58,523 nucleotides of DNA from positions 1-58,523 of the forward strand of contig JBMFNP010000004.1 in assembly GCA_049970095.1 (NCBI GenBank), read 5' to 3'. This DNA comes from Thermoplasmata archaeon (GTDB taxonomy: Archaea; Thermoplasmatota; Thermoplasmata; Lutacidiplasmatales; SKW197). The position numbers and the translations under genes are program-made. Position 1 is the first letter of the stretch, and the number at the start of each line of letters is the position of its first letter. Under the pieces are notes generated by a model, which saw nothing but the letters and a program-made list of their open reading frames with translations, was not told where the DNA came from and did no database searches. This document shows, in pieces, positions 9,276 through 17,369 of the stretch.

Positions 9276-10589
9276 ATGGTCACAAAAGAGGAAGTAATAA
9301 GCAGGGTGAAAAAGGAAGAAATAAAGCATATCCAGTTGATTTTCACGGATATATATGGAAATGTTAAAGGTCTCACTGCACCTGCATCTAAACTGGAAGA
9401 AACTATTGAGAGAGGCGCGGGTGTGGATGGAAGTTCCCTTGGGCTGGCATCTGTAGAATCTTCAGACTTGCGGGTGGTGCCAGATATAGAAACACTGAAA
9501 ATAGTAACTCGGGAAGGCATAAAGACCGCAACCTTCCTATGCAACATTTATGATAGCAAAATGAGGCGCCACAGCGGAGACCCGAGATTCATTCTGGAAA
9601 ATGTGCTAAGAGATGCTAGGAACATGGGCTTTGATGTATTTACAAAGCCAGAACTTGAATTTTACTTATTTAAACTTTCTGAAAATGGACTTCCCACATC
9701 TGAGCTTTTTGACATAGGGAGGTATGGAGATACTTATCCGCTTGACAAAGGCGAGTTTTTGAGAAAGAAGGTTGTAGACACGCTCTGGAGCCTCGGAATT
9801 GACTATGAGGTCACGCATCACGAAAACGGGTGTGGACAGCATGAAATAGAGCTTTATTATGTAAACGCGCTTACCTCTGCTGACTGGGTGGTGCTGACAA
9901 AGAGGGTACTTAAATGTGTGGCAATGGAATATGGTGCATATGCTTCATTTATGCCAAAACCATTCAGGGAATATGCTGGCTCTGGGCTCCATGTGCACCA
10001 GTATCTCAGGAATTCGGAAGGAAATGCGTTTTATGACAAAAAAGGAAAATGGGAATTGAGTGAGAATGCACTGCATTATATCGGGGGTCTCGTTGCACAT
10101 GCAAAGGAAATCTGTGCGGTGCTGTGTGCCACCGTGAATTCCTATAAGCGTCTGGTACCTGGGTATGAGGCACCGGTCTACATCTGCTGGGCAGTGGAGA
10201 ACAGGAGCGCAATGATTCGTGTACCTGGGGGGCGTGGCGAGAGCACAAGGGTGGAAATGAGATGTCCAGACCCATCTGGCAACATCTATCTACAGATGGC
10301 TGTGATGATTGCTGCAGGACTTGAGGGAATAAAAAACAAAATTGAACCTCCAGAACCCGTGGAAATGAACCTTTACGAGCGATGTGAGGGAGAATTGCAA
10401 AAGAAGGAAATAGCCCTCCTTCCCACATCACTATCCCAGGCGCTGGATGAAATGGAAAATGGAACCCTTGCAAAAAAGGTGCTTTCAGAGTTTCTGTTCC
10501 AAAGATTTATTGAACTGAAGAGAGCAGAAGCCCTAGAATATTCAAGATATGTGACAAACTGGGAAAGAGAGCGCTATCTTCAGATATGA
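9276..10589 (+). CDS. glnA: Glutamine synthetase type I
   Basis: N-terminal beta-grasp (IQLIFTDIYG), GSGLHVHQ, NSYKRLVPGYEAP and RVPGG....RVE.R.PD motifs. ATG 9276 lies behind a GGAAGGTGA Shine-Dalgarno-like sequence. Confidence 0.93.
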   Translation: MVTKEEVISRVKKEEIKHIQLIFTDIYGNVKGLTAPASKLEETIERGAGVDGSSLGLASVESSDLRVVPDIETLKIVTREGIKTATFLCNIYDSKMRRHSGDPRFILENVLRDARNMGFDVFTKPELEFYLFKLSENGLPTSELFDIGRYGDTYPLDKGEFLRKKVVDTLWSLGIDYEVTHHENGCGQHEIELYYVNALTSADWVVLTKRVLKCVAMEYGAYASFMPKPFREYAGSGLHVHQYLRNSEGNAFYDKKGKWELSENALHYIGGLVAHAKEICAVLCATVNSYKRLVPGYEAPVYICWAVENRSAMIRVPGGRGESTRVEMRCPDPSGNIYLQMAVMIAAGLEGIKNKIEPPEPVEMNLYERCEGELQKKEIALLPTSLSQALDEMENGTLAKKVLSEFLFQRFIELKRAEALEYSRYVTNWERERYLQI

Positions 10590-10597
10590 GGTAAGCT

Positions 10598-10813
10598 ATG
10601 GAGATCCATGCATGCCCGCAGTGTGGTTCCAGAAACCTGATGAAAAAATATTTGTTTGAGGGTCCTATTACATATGTCCACGAAACTTACGAAACATGCA
10701 CATGCAAGAATTGTGGCTGGGAAGGGGTTCCAATATGCTTTCACTCTGAAAAACAGTATACAAAATTCCTCCAGGAGATGCATAAAAAGGAAGAAGGGAG
10801 CGGGGATAGCTAA
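10598..10813 (+). CDS. Small zinc-ribbon protein (hypothetical)
   Basis: CPQCGS ... CKNCGW. The last 14 nt overlap the 5' acceptor stem of tRNA-Leu. Confidence 0.5.
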   Translation: MEIHACPQCGSRNLMKKYLFEGPITYVHETYETCTCKNCGWEGVPICFHSEKQYTKFLQEMHKKEEGSGDS

Positions 10814-10884
10814 GCTTGGACAACGGCGCAGGACTTAAGATCCTGTTGCGAAGGCATTCGCCGGTTCAAATCCGGCTCCCCGCA
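10800..10884 (+). tRNA. tRNA-Leu (anticodon TAA), long variable arm, no encoded CCA
   Basis: Folded by hand. Acceptor stem gcgggga/tccccgc. Anticodon stem cagga/tcctg with loop cttaaga. Variable arm gcgaa-ggc-attcgc. T-arm with loop ttcaaat. Confidence 0.85.
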
Positions 10885-10906
10885 AATTGTAAATCGCAAA
10901 AAATAT

Positions 10907-11332
10907 GTGGTGGTAATGCATAAGGGTATGGGAAATATGGGGATAATCTCGGTGGAGATGCTGGCAACTGCTCTCAAGGAAAAACTTAAGGGAAAGGGCT
11001 ATAATGAGAAAGATCTTGATAGATTAGCAGAATACATTATGAGTTTTTTTGGTTTTGAAGATAGAATTATTGACAACATGCTGAGCAACGAGGATAGGGA
11101 TATGTTCTATTTTCTGGAAGATAACGGAATTCTGCGTTCTGGATTTGAAGACACCACTCTTGATCGTGGAAAACCCTGGAGAATTCATTACTGGATACTC
11201 AACAAAGAGGAAATCATTAGGGCACTTGAGCAGGCAACAAAGGGAAAGAAGATGGAGGAAGAAGAAATAGGTGCAATATATGAGAACCCCGAGCTCTGGA
11301 AGCGAGGAGAGGAAAGGAATGGAAGTAAGTAA
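10907..11332 (+). CDS. Hypothetical protein
   Basis: Uninterrupted ORF with coding-like composition. The start is ambiguous (GTG 10907, or ATG at 10916, 10928 or 10937). Confidence 0.55.
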   Translation: MVVMHKGMGNMGIISVEMLATALKEKLKGKGYNEKDLDRLAEYIMSFFGFEDRIIDNMLSNEDRDMFYFLEDNGILRSGFEDTTLDRGKPWRIHYWILNKEEIIRALEQATKGKKMEEEEIGAIYENPELWKRGEERNGSK

Positions 11333-11543
11333 TATACTGCTTGCCATCAACGAGAAAAAAAAGTGGGATGCAGCGATTTCTGTTCTCACTGACAAGTTGA
11401 AGAAAATTGAGGCGGAGCAGGCATTACTCTCTAAAAGACTTAAAACTCTGGAACTTGAACTTTCAAAAATAAAGGAGATGCTGCAGGAAACACCTGAGCG
11501 TACTAGACGGGAAGGGCTAAATATGATAGGGGTGGTTAAATAA
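11319..11543 (+). CDS. Small coiled-coil protein (hypothetical)
   Basis: ATG 11319 lies behind GGAGAGGAAAGG. Heptad-like sequence LKKIEAEQALLSKRLKTLELELSKIKEML. Confidence 0.5.
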   Translation: MEVSNILLAINEKKKWDAAISVLTDKLKKIEAEQALLSKRLKTLELELSKIKEMLQETPERTRREGLNMIGVVK

Positions 11544-11765
11544 ATGCCCAGAGCCCACTCACAGTTTGGGGAAAGGGCTGCTGAACTTGAGCGTGAAATT
11601 GAGAAACTGCGGAATAAACTTGCGAACCTGGATCTGGAAAGGGAAACACTCATCAAAGAACTGGAGAATGCACGAAGACAGTACCAGCACTATGAGAAAC
11701 TTTTAAGAGAGATGCGAAAAGAACTCAGACCATTCACAATGAAAGAACTTTTGCTGAGGATTTGA
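11544..11765 (+). CDS. Small coiled-coil protein (hypothetical)
   Basis: The ATG directly follows the upstream TAA. Coiled-coil-like sequence ELEREIEKLRNKLANLDLERETLIKELENARRQ. Confidence 0.5.
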   Translation: MPRAHSQFGERAAELEREIEKLRNKLANLDLERETLIKELENARRQYQHYEKLLREMRKELRPFTMKELLLRI

Positions 11766-11774
11766 GGTGAGAGA

Positions 11775-12179
11775 ATGGGTGTTGAGAGATTTGGAGTATC
11801 CATTGATAAAAAGCTTCTTGAAAAATTTGATGTGTTAATTAAAAGCAAAGGGTACAGTAGCCGTTCCGAGGCAATTAGAGATTTGATAAGAGACGCAATC
11901 AATGAAGAGGAGACCGAGGAGGGTTCGGGATTTGGCACATTAACCTTGGTATATGACCATGAGGCAGGAAATGTTGTAGAAAAACTTTTAGAAATCCAGC
12001 ATCACGGGCATGATCACATAATCTCCACCACACACATTCATCTGAGTGCGCATCTGTGTATGGAAATAGTTGCACTGCGGGGCAGGATTCCCGTGATGAA
12101 AAAAATCAGTGAGCGTTTGCGGGCACTCAAAGGTGTGCTGCTTGGAAAACTGGTAATAGTGCGCCCTGCTGAAGATTGA
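11775..12179 (+). CDS. nikR: NikR-type nickel-responsive regulator (ribbon-helix-helix plus His/Cys metal site)
   Basis: N-terminal RHH (RFGVSIDKKLLEKFD...GYSSRSEAIRDLIR) and a C-terminal HHGHDH...H.H....C cluster. Confidence 0.85.
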   Translation: MGVERFGVSIDKKLLEKFDVLIKSKGYSSRSEAIRDLIRDAINEEETEEGSGFGTLTLVYDHEAGNVVEKLLEIQHHGHDHIISTTHIHLSAHLCMEIVALRGRIPVMKKISERLRALKGVLLGKLVIVRPAED

Positions 12180-12186
12180 TGGAAAA

Positions 12187-12636
12187 TCATTCATATATCC
12201 ATTTTTCGTTTTCTGTGCGGTAGTTGCAGAGCTCTTCCTGCCTGAAAAACAGCCCGATTTCTCTTTCTGCACTCTGGATTGAATCTGAACCATGAATTAT
12301 GTTTCTCCCCAGGTCTATTGCATAATCGCCCCGTATCGTACCTGGCTGTGATTCCTGTGGATTTGTTTTACCCATCATATCCCTTACAAGCTTTACAGCA
12401 TTCTTCCCTTCAATAACCATTGCAATAACTGGCCCTGATGTTATGTATCTGATCAAGCCCTCATAAAATTTTTTTCCTTTATGTTCTGAATAATGCTGTT
12501 CCGCAAGTTCCCGGGGGATTTGAAGCATTTTCATTCCAACGATTTTGAGCCCTCTCTTCTCAAATCTGGAGATTATCTCACCACAAACCCCTCTCTGAAT
12601 TGCATCCGGCTTTAACATCACGAATGTGCGTTCCAT
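12187..12636 (-). CDS. ndk: Nucleoside diphosphate kinase
   Basis: [11 protein letters not shown] and NIIHGSDS active-site motifs. Confidence 0.93.
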   Translation of the reverse strand: MERTFVMLKPDAIQRGVCGEIISRFEKRGLKIVGMKMLQIPRELAEQHYSEHKGKKFYEGLIRYITSGPVIAMVIEGKNAVKLVRDMMGKTNPQESQPGTIRGDYAIDLGRNIIHGSDSIQSAEREIGLFFRQEELCNYRTENEKWIYE

Positions 12637-12646
12637 GCTCTCACCA

Positions 12647-12931
12647 TTATTCTTTCTTACTTGGCTGTGTTTCCGCGGATTTTGTTTCTTTTGGTTTTTC
12701 AGTGGTAGCTACTGCAATTTTCTTAACCACCTTTTTCTTCTCAGGCGATCCCCTCTTTGCATACATTGCGGTCCATTTCAATTTTCTGGGGTTTCTTCCG
12801 AACTCAAGTAGATTGCTCTGACACCTTCTTGAACAGAAATTGTAGATTGTACCATCTTTCTTTATGAACATTTTTCCAGTGCCTGGCTCTATAGGATTTC
12901 CACAGAAAGAACATGTTTTAATTGCGGGCAT
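12647..12931 (-). CDS. rpl24e: Ribosomal protein L24e (eL24) with a Lys-rich C-terminal extension
   Basis: [16 protein letters not shown]...FCSRRC zinc-binding core. Confidence 0.9.
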   Translation of the reverse strand: MPAIKTCSFCGNPIEPGTGKMFIKKDGTIYNFCSRRCQSNLLEFGRNPRKLKWTAMYAKRGSPEKKKVVKKIAVATTEKPKETKSAETQPSKKE

Positions 12932-12943
12932 GTGATCCTCTCC

Positions 12944-13153
12944 TTACTTCACTGCAAGTTTCCTGGCTTCTCTTGCAGTTTCTCGCAGATTCAGCACATC
13001 GCCTATCTGCACAGGCCCTATTACATTTCTAGTTATGATTTTCCCCTTGTCTCTACCATCTAGGATCCTTACTTTCACCTGGGTTGCCTCACCCGTCATG
13101 CCAGTTCTCCCGATAATTTCAACAACCTCTGCAAATGCAGATTCTTCAGCCAT
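12944..13153 (-). CDS. rps28e: Ribosomal protein S28e (eS28)
   Basis: The sequence [26 protein letters not shown]...ITRNV.GPV..GD.L.L.E..REAR matches the family core. Confidence 0.92.
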   Translation of the reverse strand: MAEESAFAEVVEIIGRTGMTGEATQVKVRILDGRDKGKIITRNVIGPVQIGDVLNLRETAREARKLAVK

Positions 13154-13175
13154 ATACTTTCACCCTATAATTGAC

Positions 13176-13547
13176 TCATTTCTTCAGATTTTTGAGTGTC
13201 TGCTCTATTTCGTCCATGAGGGGTTTTGCTTTTCCAAAATCCACAATGGCAACAGAGGCTGCCTGTTTCTCAAGCCCCACTGCGTTTCCCAGTTCCTTCT
13301 TACTGGGAACATAACCGTATGGCACTTTCTTCTCCTCACAGAGCATTGGAATATGTGCCAGTATTTCAGGCGGGTCAACATCTTCTGCCATTGCAACAAA
13401 CTTTGCTTCTCCGCGTTCCAGTACCTTTGTCACTTCGTTTGTGCCTTTTTTCACCTTGCCAGTTTCTCTGGACATCTGCACTAACTGGTAAATTTTATCT
13501 GCAACCTCTTTCGGGGTTTCGAACCTTACATACATCTGCTTTGCCAT
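13176..13547 (-). CDS. rpl7ae: Ribosomal protein L7Ae (K-turn binding; also an sRNP component)
   Basis: KKGTNEVTK..ERG.AKFV..AEDVDPPEI and VPY..V.SK..LG motifs. ATG 13547 lies behind GAGGTG; the ORF track extends to GTG 13556. Confidence 0.93.
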   Translation of the reverse strand: MAKQMYVRFETPKEVADKIYQLVQMSRETGKVKKGTNEVTKVLERGEAKFVAMAEDVDPPEILAHIPMLCEEKKVPYGYVPSKKELGNAVGLEKQAASVAIVDFGKAKPLMDEIEQTLKNLKK

Positions 13548-13578
13548 TTTCAACACCTCTTTCTGCTATTTTTTAATA

Positions 13579-13596
13579 GCCTCATTATTCACAGGC
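13579..13596 (-). promoter_or_regulatory. Candidate K-loop (K-turn) in the rpl7ae leader: 5'-GCC UGU GA AUAAU GA GGC-3'
   Basis: On the minus-strand RNA there is a 3-bp C-stem (GCC/GGC), a 3-nt bulge, and two GA dinucleotides placed to form tandem sheared G.A pairs. It lies 32-49 nt upstream of the L7Ae ATG. Confidence 0.5.
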
Positions 13597-13725
13597 AAGA
13601 AGGCAACATAAATTTGGTATATATATTTTTGGATGTTCGTTCCCACGGACCTCACACGCTCCTTCCGAATTCTACATCCCTATTGTTCGCAAGTTTAAAA
13701 TATGCGGTAGTCATTATTAAACAAA

Positions 13726-14850
13726 ATGCCTCTTAAGTTTGATATCCTGAATGAGACATTTGAATGCCCAGTATGTGGGCACCTCAATCATATCTCTGCA
13801 AAGGAATGCGAGAAATGCAAAACCCTCTTTCCAGATAAAAAACCCCTGGGTGGAAATATGGCACTGAATGTTGAAGTAAAAGAACAGAAAAAGAATGTAC
13901 GGCAAATCATAAGGAGATTACCTGAGAAATACAGAAAGGAAATGAAAGCGAAAAGCAGGGAAGAAGTTATCCGAGAATTCCAGATGGTGCCAGGAATTAC
14001 AAAGGAAATTGCAGAAAAACTTTATGATGTCTCTGGTATTCATTCTCTTTCTGACCTCCTTTATTCCATGCTCACCAATCAGCAGGTGAAGGCACCAGAA
14101 CGCACAGCAATCGTGTATGAAGAGTTTATACGCATAAAAAAAATGGGTGGCAAGGAAATTACCTGCCCTTTCTGCAAAACTCGTCTTGATACAAGCATGG
14201 AAAAATGCCCTGTTTGTGATGCTTCCCTTTCATCAGAAATCCTCAGAATTGACTATGAGGCGGTTGCAAACAATCTTACAAACTTCGTAAATGAGATTAT
14301 TCACGAGCTTGAGGGCGAGGAGAGAGAGGGAGAAAAAGAGAAGAAAGAGGTTGTGGAAAGTGCAGAGAAAAAGGAAGAAATCAGAGCGGGACAGGGGGTG
14401 CAGGAAAACATCAAGGGAAAGCCCCAGGAAACAGAAAAAATCAATCTGACCCTTGATGAACTGGAGGAAATCGAAAAGGAACTTCCAGAGAAAAAACCAG
14501 TGTTTGAAGAGGTGGAAAAAATAGTGGAAGAAGAAATCAAACTGGACATTGATGAAATAGAAACAGGTGATAAAGAGGAGCCAAAAAGGAAATCTCTGGA
14601 TGCAATCCTTGGAGACATTATTGAAGATGTTAAAAAGGAGGAGAAAGAAAAACCCCTTATCAGCGAGGAAAAAATCAAGGAGTACAGAAAAAGAATTGAG
14701 GACTGGAAGGCAGATGGCTACGATGTAACAGAAATTGAGAAAATTCTCAAAGAAAAACCAGAACAATTTGATGAACTTTCAAAGAAAATCATAATTGAAC
14801 AGTTCAGGAAACGCAGGGCAGCAGTAGTAAAGAAACAGGTGAAAAAGTAA
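13726..14850 (+). CDS. Double zinc-ribbon, Glu/Lys-rich protein with a helix-hairpin-helix-like segment
   Basis: CPVCG-x10-CEKC and CPFCK-x9-CPVCD ribbons. PGITKEIAEKLYDVSGIHSLSDL is HhH-like. A long E/K tract follows. TATA-like tttaaaatat lies at ~13693..13702. Confidence 0.7.
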   Translation: MPLKFDILNETFECPVCGHLNHISAKECEKCKTLFPDKKPLGGNMALNVEVKEQKKNVRQIIRRLPEKYRKEMKAKSREEVIREFQMVPGITKEIAEKLYDVSGIHSLSDLLYSMLTNQQVKAPERTAIVYEEFIRIKKMGGKEITCPFCKTRLDTSMEKCPVCDASLSSEILRIDYEAVANNLTNFVNEIIHELEGEEREGEKEKKEVVESAEKKEEIRAGQGVQENIKGKPQETEKINLTLDELEEIEKELPEKKPVFEEVEKIVEEEIKLDIDEIETGDKEEPKRKSLDAILGDIIEDVKKEEKEKPLISEEKIKEYRKRIEDWKADGYDVTEIEKILKEKPEQFDELSKKIIIEQFRKRRAAVVKKQVKK

Positions 14851-14852
14851 AT

Positions 14853-14946
14853 GCGGTTGTAGTCTAGTGGTTAGGACTGAGGCTTCCCAAGAACATTTAC
14901 ACGGGAAAAGCCTCTAGCCCGGGTTCGAATCCCGGCAACCGCACCA
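14853..14946 (+). tRNA. tRNA-Gly (anticodon CCC) with a 19-nt intron at the canonical 37/38 site; CCA encoded
   Basis: Acceptor stem gcggttg/caaccgc. Anticodon stem gaggc/gcctc interrupted after ttccca. T-arm ccggg-ttcgaat-cccgg. Ends in acca. Confidence 0.85.
14890..14908 (+). other. tRNA-Gly intron (boundaries ambiguous by 1 nt)
   Basis: The insert agaacatttacacgggaaa lies between anticodon-loop positions 37 and 38. ttccc can pair with intron gggaa, as expected for a bulge-helix-bulge substrate. Confidence 0.7.
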
Positions 14947-14978
14947 TTTATCTTTTAGTTTGATATTGGAGCTTTACC

Positions 14979-15584
14979 ATGAAAACCCAGCAACAGGCCC
15001 TCCACAAAATTTACCTTTCTAATTATAGGATAGTGGATGCATGTGGGAGCATCCTTGTGGATACCCCTGAAATCCTGGAATTCTTTGACAAACTTTCAGC
15101 AAATATTGCAGATATTGATACAATATACATTGTTGATATGGACGGTTTTGATGAAGGCACACCCCAACTTGACCTTCTTTCGGAAATTTCAGATATGCTT
15201 TCTATCTGGGTTGAAGCAAATTCCAAGAATGTAGATGATGTTTCTGATATTCTCGTTGCAGGTGCTGACATTGCGGTGCTCAACCTCAAAAATCTCGCTC
15301 TTGATGAAATCCAGAAAATCTGTGAGGAAACCCAGAGTGTGGCATTTTTGATTGATGATGTAAACCCTGAGAGAGAAAAACTGGATTACCTAACAAAGTT
15401 AGCAAGGGAAGAGAAATGCGAAGTAATTCTTAGATGTGCGGGGGAGATTCCCTCATTTCTTGAGAACTACTTGAAAGAAATACCAGTTTATTTAGATGGC
15501 GGTGGGATGGCAGATGTAGATTTGCGCTGGAAAAAAATAAATATTGCAGGAACAATCAAGGAGCTGGATTTGGATGGTGTATGA
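14979..15584 (+). CDS. Hypothetical protein, possibly a HisA/HisF-like (beta/alpha)-barrel relative
   Basis: IYIVDMDGFDEGTPQLDLL...ILVAGADIAVLN loosely resembles the HisA/HisF DLDGA...G and GAD motifs. The assignment is weak. Confidence 0.5.
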   Translation: MKTQQQALHKIYLSNYRIVDACGSILVDTPEILEFFDKLSANIADIDTIYIVDMDGFDEGTPQLDLLSEISDMLSIWVEANSKNVDDVSDILVAGADIAVLNLKNLALDEIQKICEETQSVAFLIDDVNPEREKLDYLTKLAREEKCEVILRCAGEIPSFLENYLKEIPVYLDGGGMADVDLRWKKINIAGTIKELDLDGV

Positions 15585-16035
15585 ACTTCAGAAAATTGTA
15601 GCGTTCGTGCTCAAAATGCAGGGGCTTCAGGAAATTACAGAAAGCGATTTTGTGAATTATCTTTCAATCAAAAAGAGGATGCTTACACCAAGTGAGGCAA
15701 AAAAGGTGCTTGCAAAGTGCATTGAAAAAAATGTGGTAATTAAGGAGGGAGAAATGCTGCGTCCAAACTTTGATTTTTCCCAGATCACAGTACCCCCTGA
15801 TTTTATAATCAATTTCAGCAAACTAGATGTAGAATACCCCGATGTGTTTTCTGACATTGTAAAGTACATTGCAGAGAAAACCAGGAAGGAAATAAAAGAG
15901 GTGACTGCAGAGGTGAACCGCATCCAGGAGCAGACCTGCACCCATCCCTGTGTTGCAGCCCTGATTTATGCCAAAGTTCTTGGTTTGGATACCAAAATTT
16001 TTCATGAGGCAGCAGAAAAAGAAATTTTCAGATGA
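15574..16035 (+). CDS. Conserved-looking archaeal hypothetical protein
   Basis: ORF 15544..16035. ATG 15574 overlaps the upstream stop by 11 nt. Confidence 0.55.
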   Translation: MVYELQKIVAFVLKMQGLQEITESDFVNYLSIKKRMLTPSEAKKVLAKCIEKNVVIKEGEMLRPNFDFSQITVPPDFIINFSKLDVEYPDVFSDIVKYIAEKTRKEIKEVTAEVNRIQEQTCTHPCVAALIYAKVLGLDTKIFHEAAEKEIFR

Positions 16036-16038
16036 GAA

Positions 16039-17280
16039 TTAGGTTCCTTCTCTCCAGCTTGCTATGTATCTTTGTTGTTTTTCTGTGAGTTTGTCAATCT
16101 CAATACCCATGATTTCAAGTTTTAGCCATGCAACCTTTCTGTCTATTTCTTCAGGTACTCGGTAAACACCTGCCCTCATGTTGTGTCCTTCAGCCGCAAT
16201 CTGCTGTGCACAGAGTGCCTGGATTGCAAAACTCAAGTCCATAATTTCCACTGGGTGCCCCTGTCCCGCAACCAAATTAACAAGTCTGGCTTCCGCAAGC
16301 AGATAAATGTGTTTCCCCCCAGTAAGTGTGAATTCTTCAACATAGGGCCTTACCTTTCTCTTCTTTATTGCAGATTTTTCCAGTGCTTTCTTGTCAATTT
16401 CCACATCAAAATGTCCTGCATTTGCAAGCACAACACCCTCCTTTGCCCTCATGAGATGCTGGACACTTACAACTTCTGCACATCCTGTTGCAGTAATCAC
16501 GAAATCCGCTTCCCTAATTGCTTTTTCCATTGGCATCACTCTGAACCCATCCATTCTTGCTTCTATTGCCCTTATGGGGTCTATCTCTGTCACAATTACA
16601 TCAGCGCCCAATCCCTTTGCACGCATTGCAATTCCTCTGCCGCACCACCCGTAGCCTGCAACTACCACAGTTTTTCCAGCAATGAGGAGGTTAGTAGCAC
16701 TGAAAATGCCGTCAAATGTGCTCTGCCCTGTGCCATACCTGTTATCAAAGAGGTGTTTCATAGATGCATCATTCACATCAAAAACAGGGAACTTCAGAAC
16801 ACCCTCTCTTTCCATTGCTTTCAACCTATTAACGCCTGTGGTGGTTTCTTCATTTGCACCCAGAACATTTCCAAGGATTTCATTTCTCTCGGTATGCAGC
16901 ATTTTGATGAGGTCTGCGCCATCGTCAATTACAATATCGGGCTTTATGTCTAGAACTTTGTGGAGTGCCTCATAATATTCTTTCACATCCCGGAATTTCC
17001 TAGCATAACACTGCACATCCTGAAATTTGCCAAGAGATTTTGCAACCTCTTCATCAGTTGTTAGAGGATTGCAGGATGTAATTGCAATCTTTGCACCTGC
17101 CTGTGCGAGTGTGGTTGCCAGCGCTGCAGTTTTTGCTTCTACATGGAGTGCCATACCTATTTTCTTCCCTTTAAGCCATTTGTTTTTCTTTAACTCCTTC
17201 CCAACCCTGGAAAGCACACCCATATGTGCAAGTGCCCATGCAATTTTTTCGTGCATTGCTCTATTCCTCTTTTTTTCCAT
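16039..17280 (-). CDS. ahcY: Adenosylhomocysteinase (S-adenosyl-L-homocysteine hydrolase)
   Basis: NAD-binding GYGWCGRGIAMRAKGLGA, plus the DDGADL and ETTTGV motifs. Confidence 0.93.
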   Translation of the reverse strand: MEKKRNRAMHEKIAWALAHMGVLSRVGKELKKNKWLKGKKIGMALHVEAKTAALATTLAQAGAKIAITSCNPLTTDEEVAKSLGKFQDVQCYARKFRDVKEYYEALHKVLDIKPDIVIDDGADLIKMLHTERNEILGNVLGANEETTTGVNRLKAMEREGVLKFPVFDVNDASMKHLFDNRYGTGQSTFDGIFSATNLLIAGKTVVVAGYGWCGRGIAMRAKGLGADVIVTEIDPIRAIEARMDGFRVMPMEKAIREADFVITATGCAEVVSVQHLMRAKEGVVLANAGHFDVEIDKKALEKSAIKKRKVRPYVEEFTLTGGKHIYLLAEARLVNLVAGQGHPVEIMDLSFAIQALCAQQIAAEGHNMRAGVYRVPEEIDRKVAWLKLEIMGIEIDKLTEKQQRYIASWREGT

Positions 17281-17369
17281 GGATAGGGCATGGCCTGCCC
17301 AGTCTGCAGAAATGACATTTTTCCTTTGGGACTGGCTGGATCGGTTTCTGTAATCTTCCGTACTTGCGC

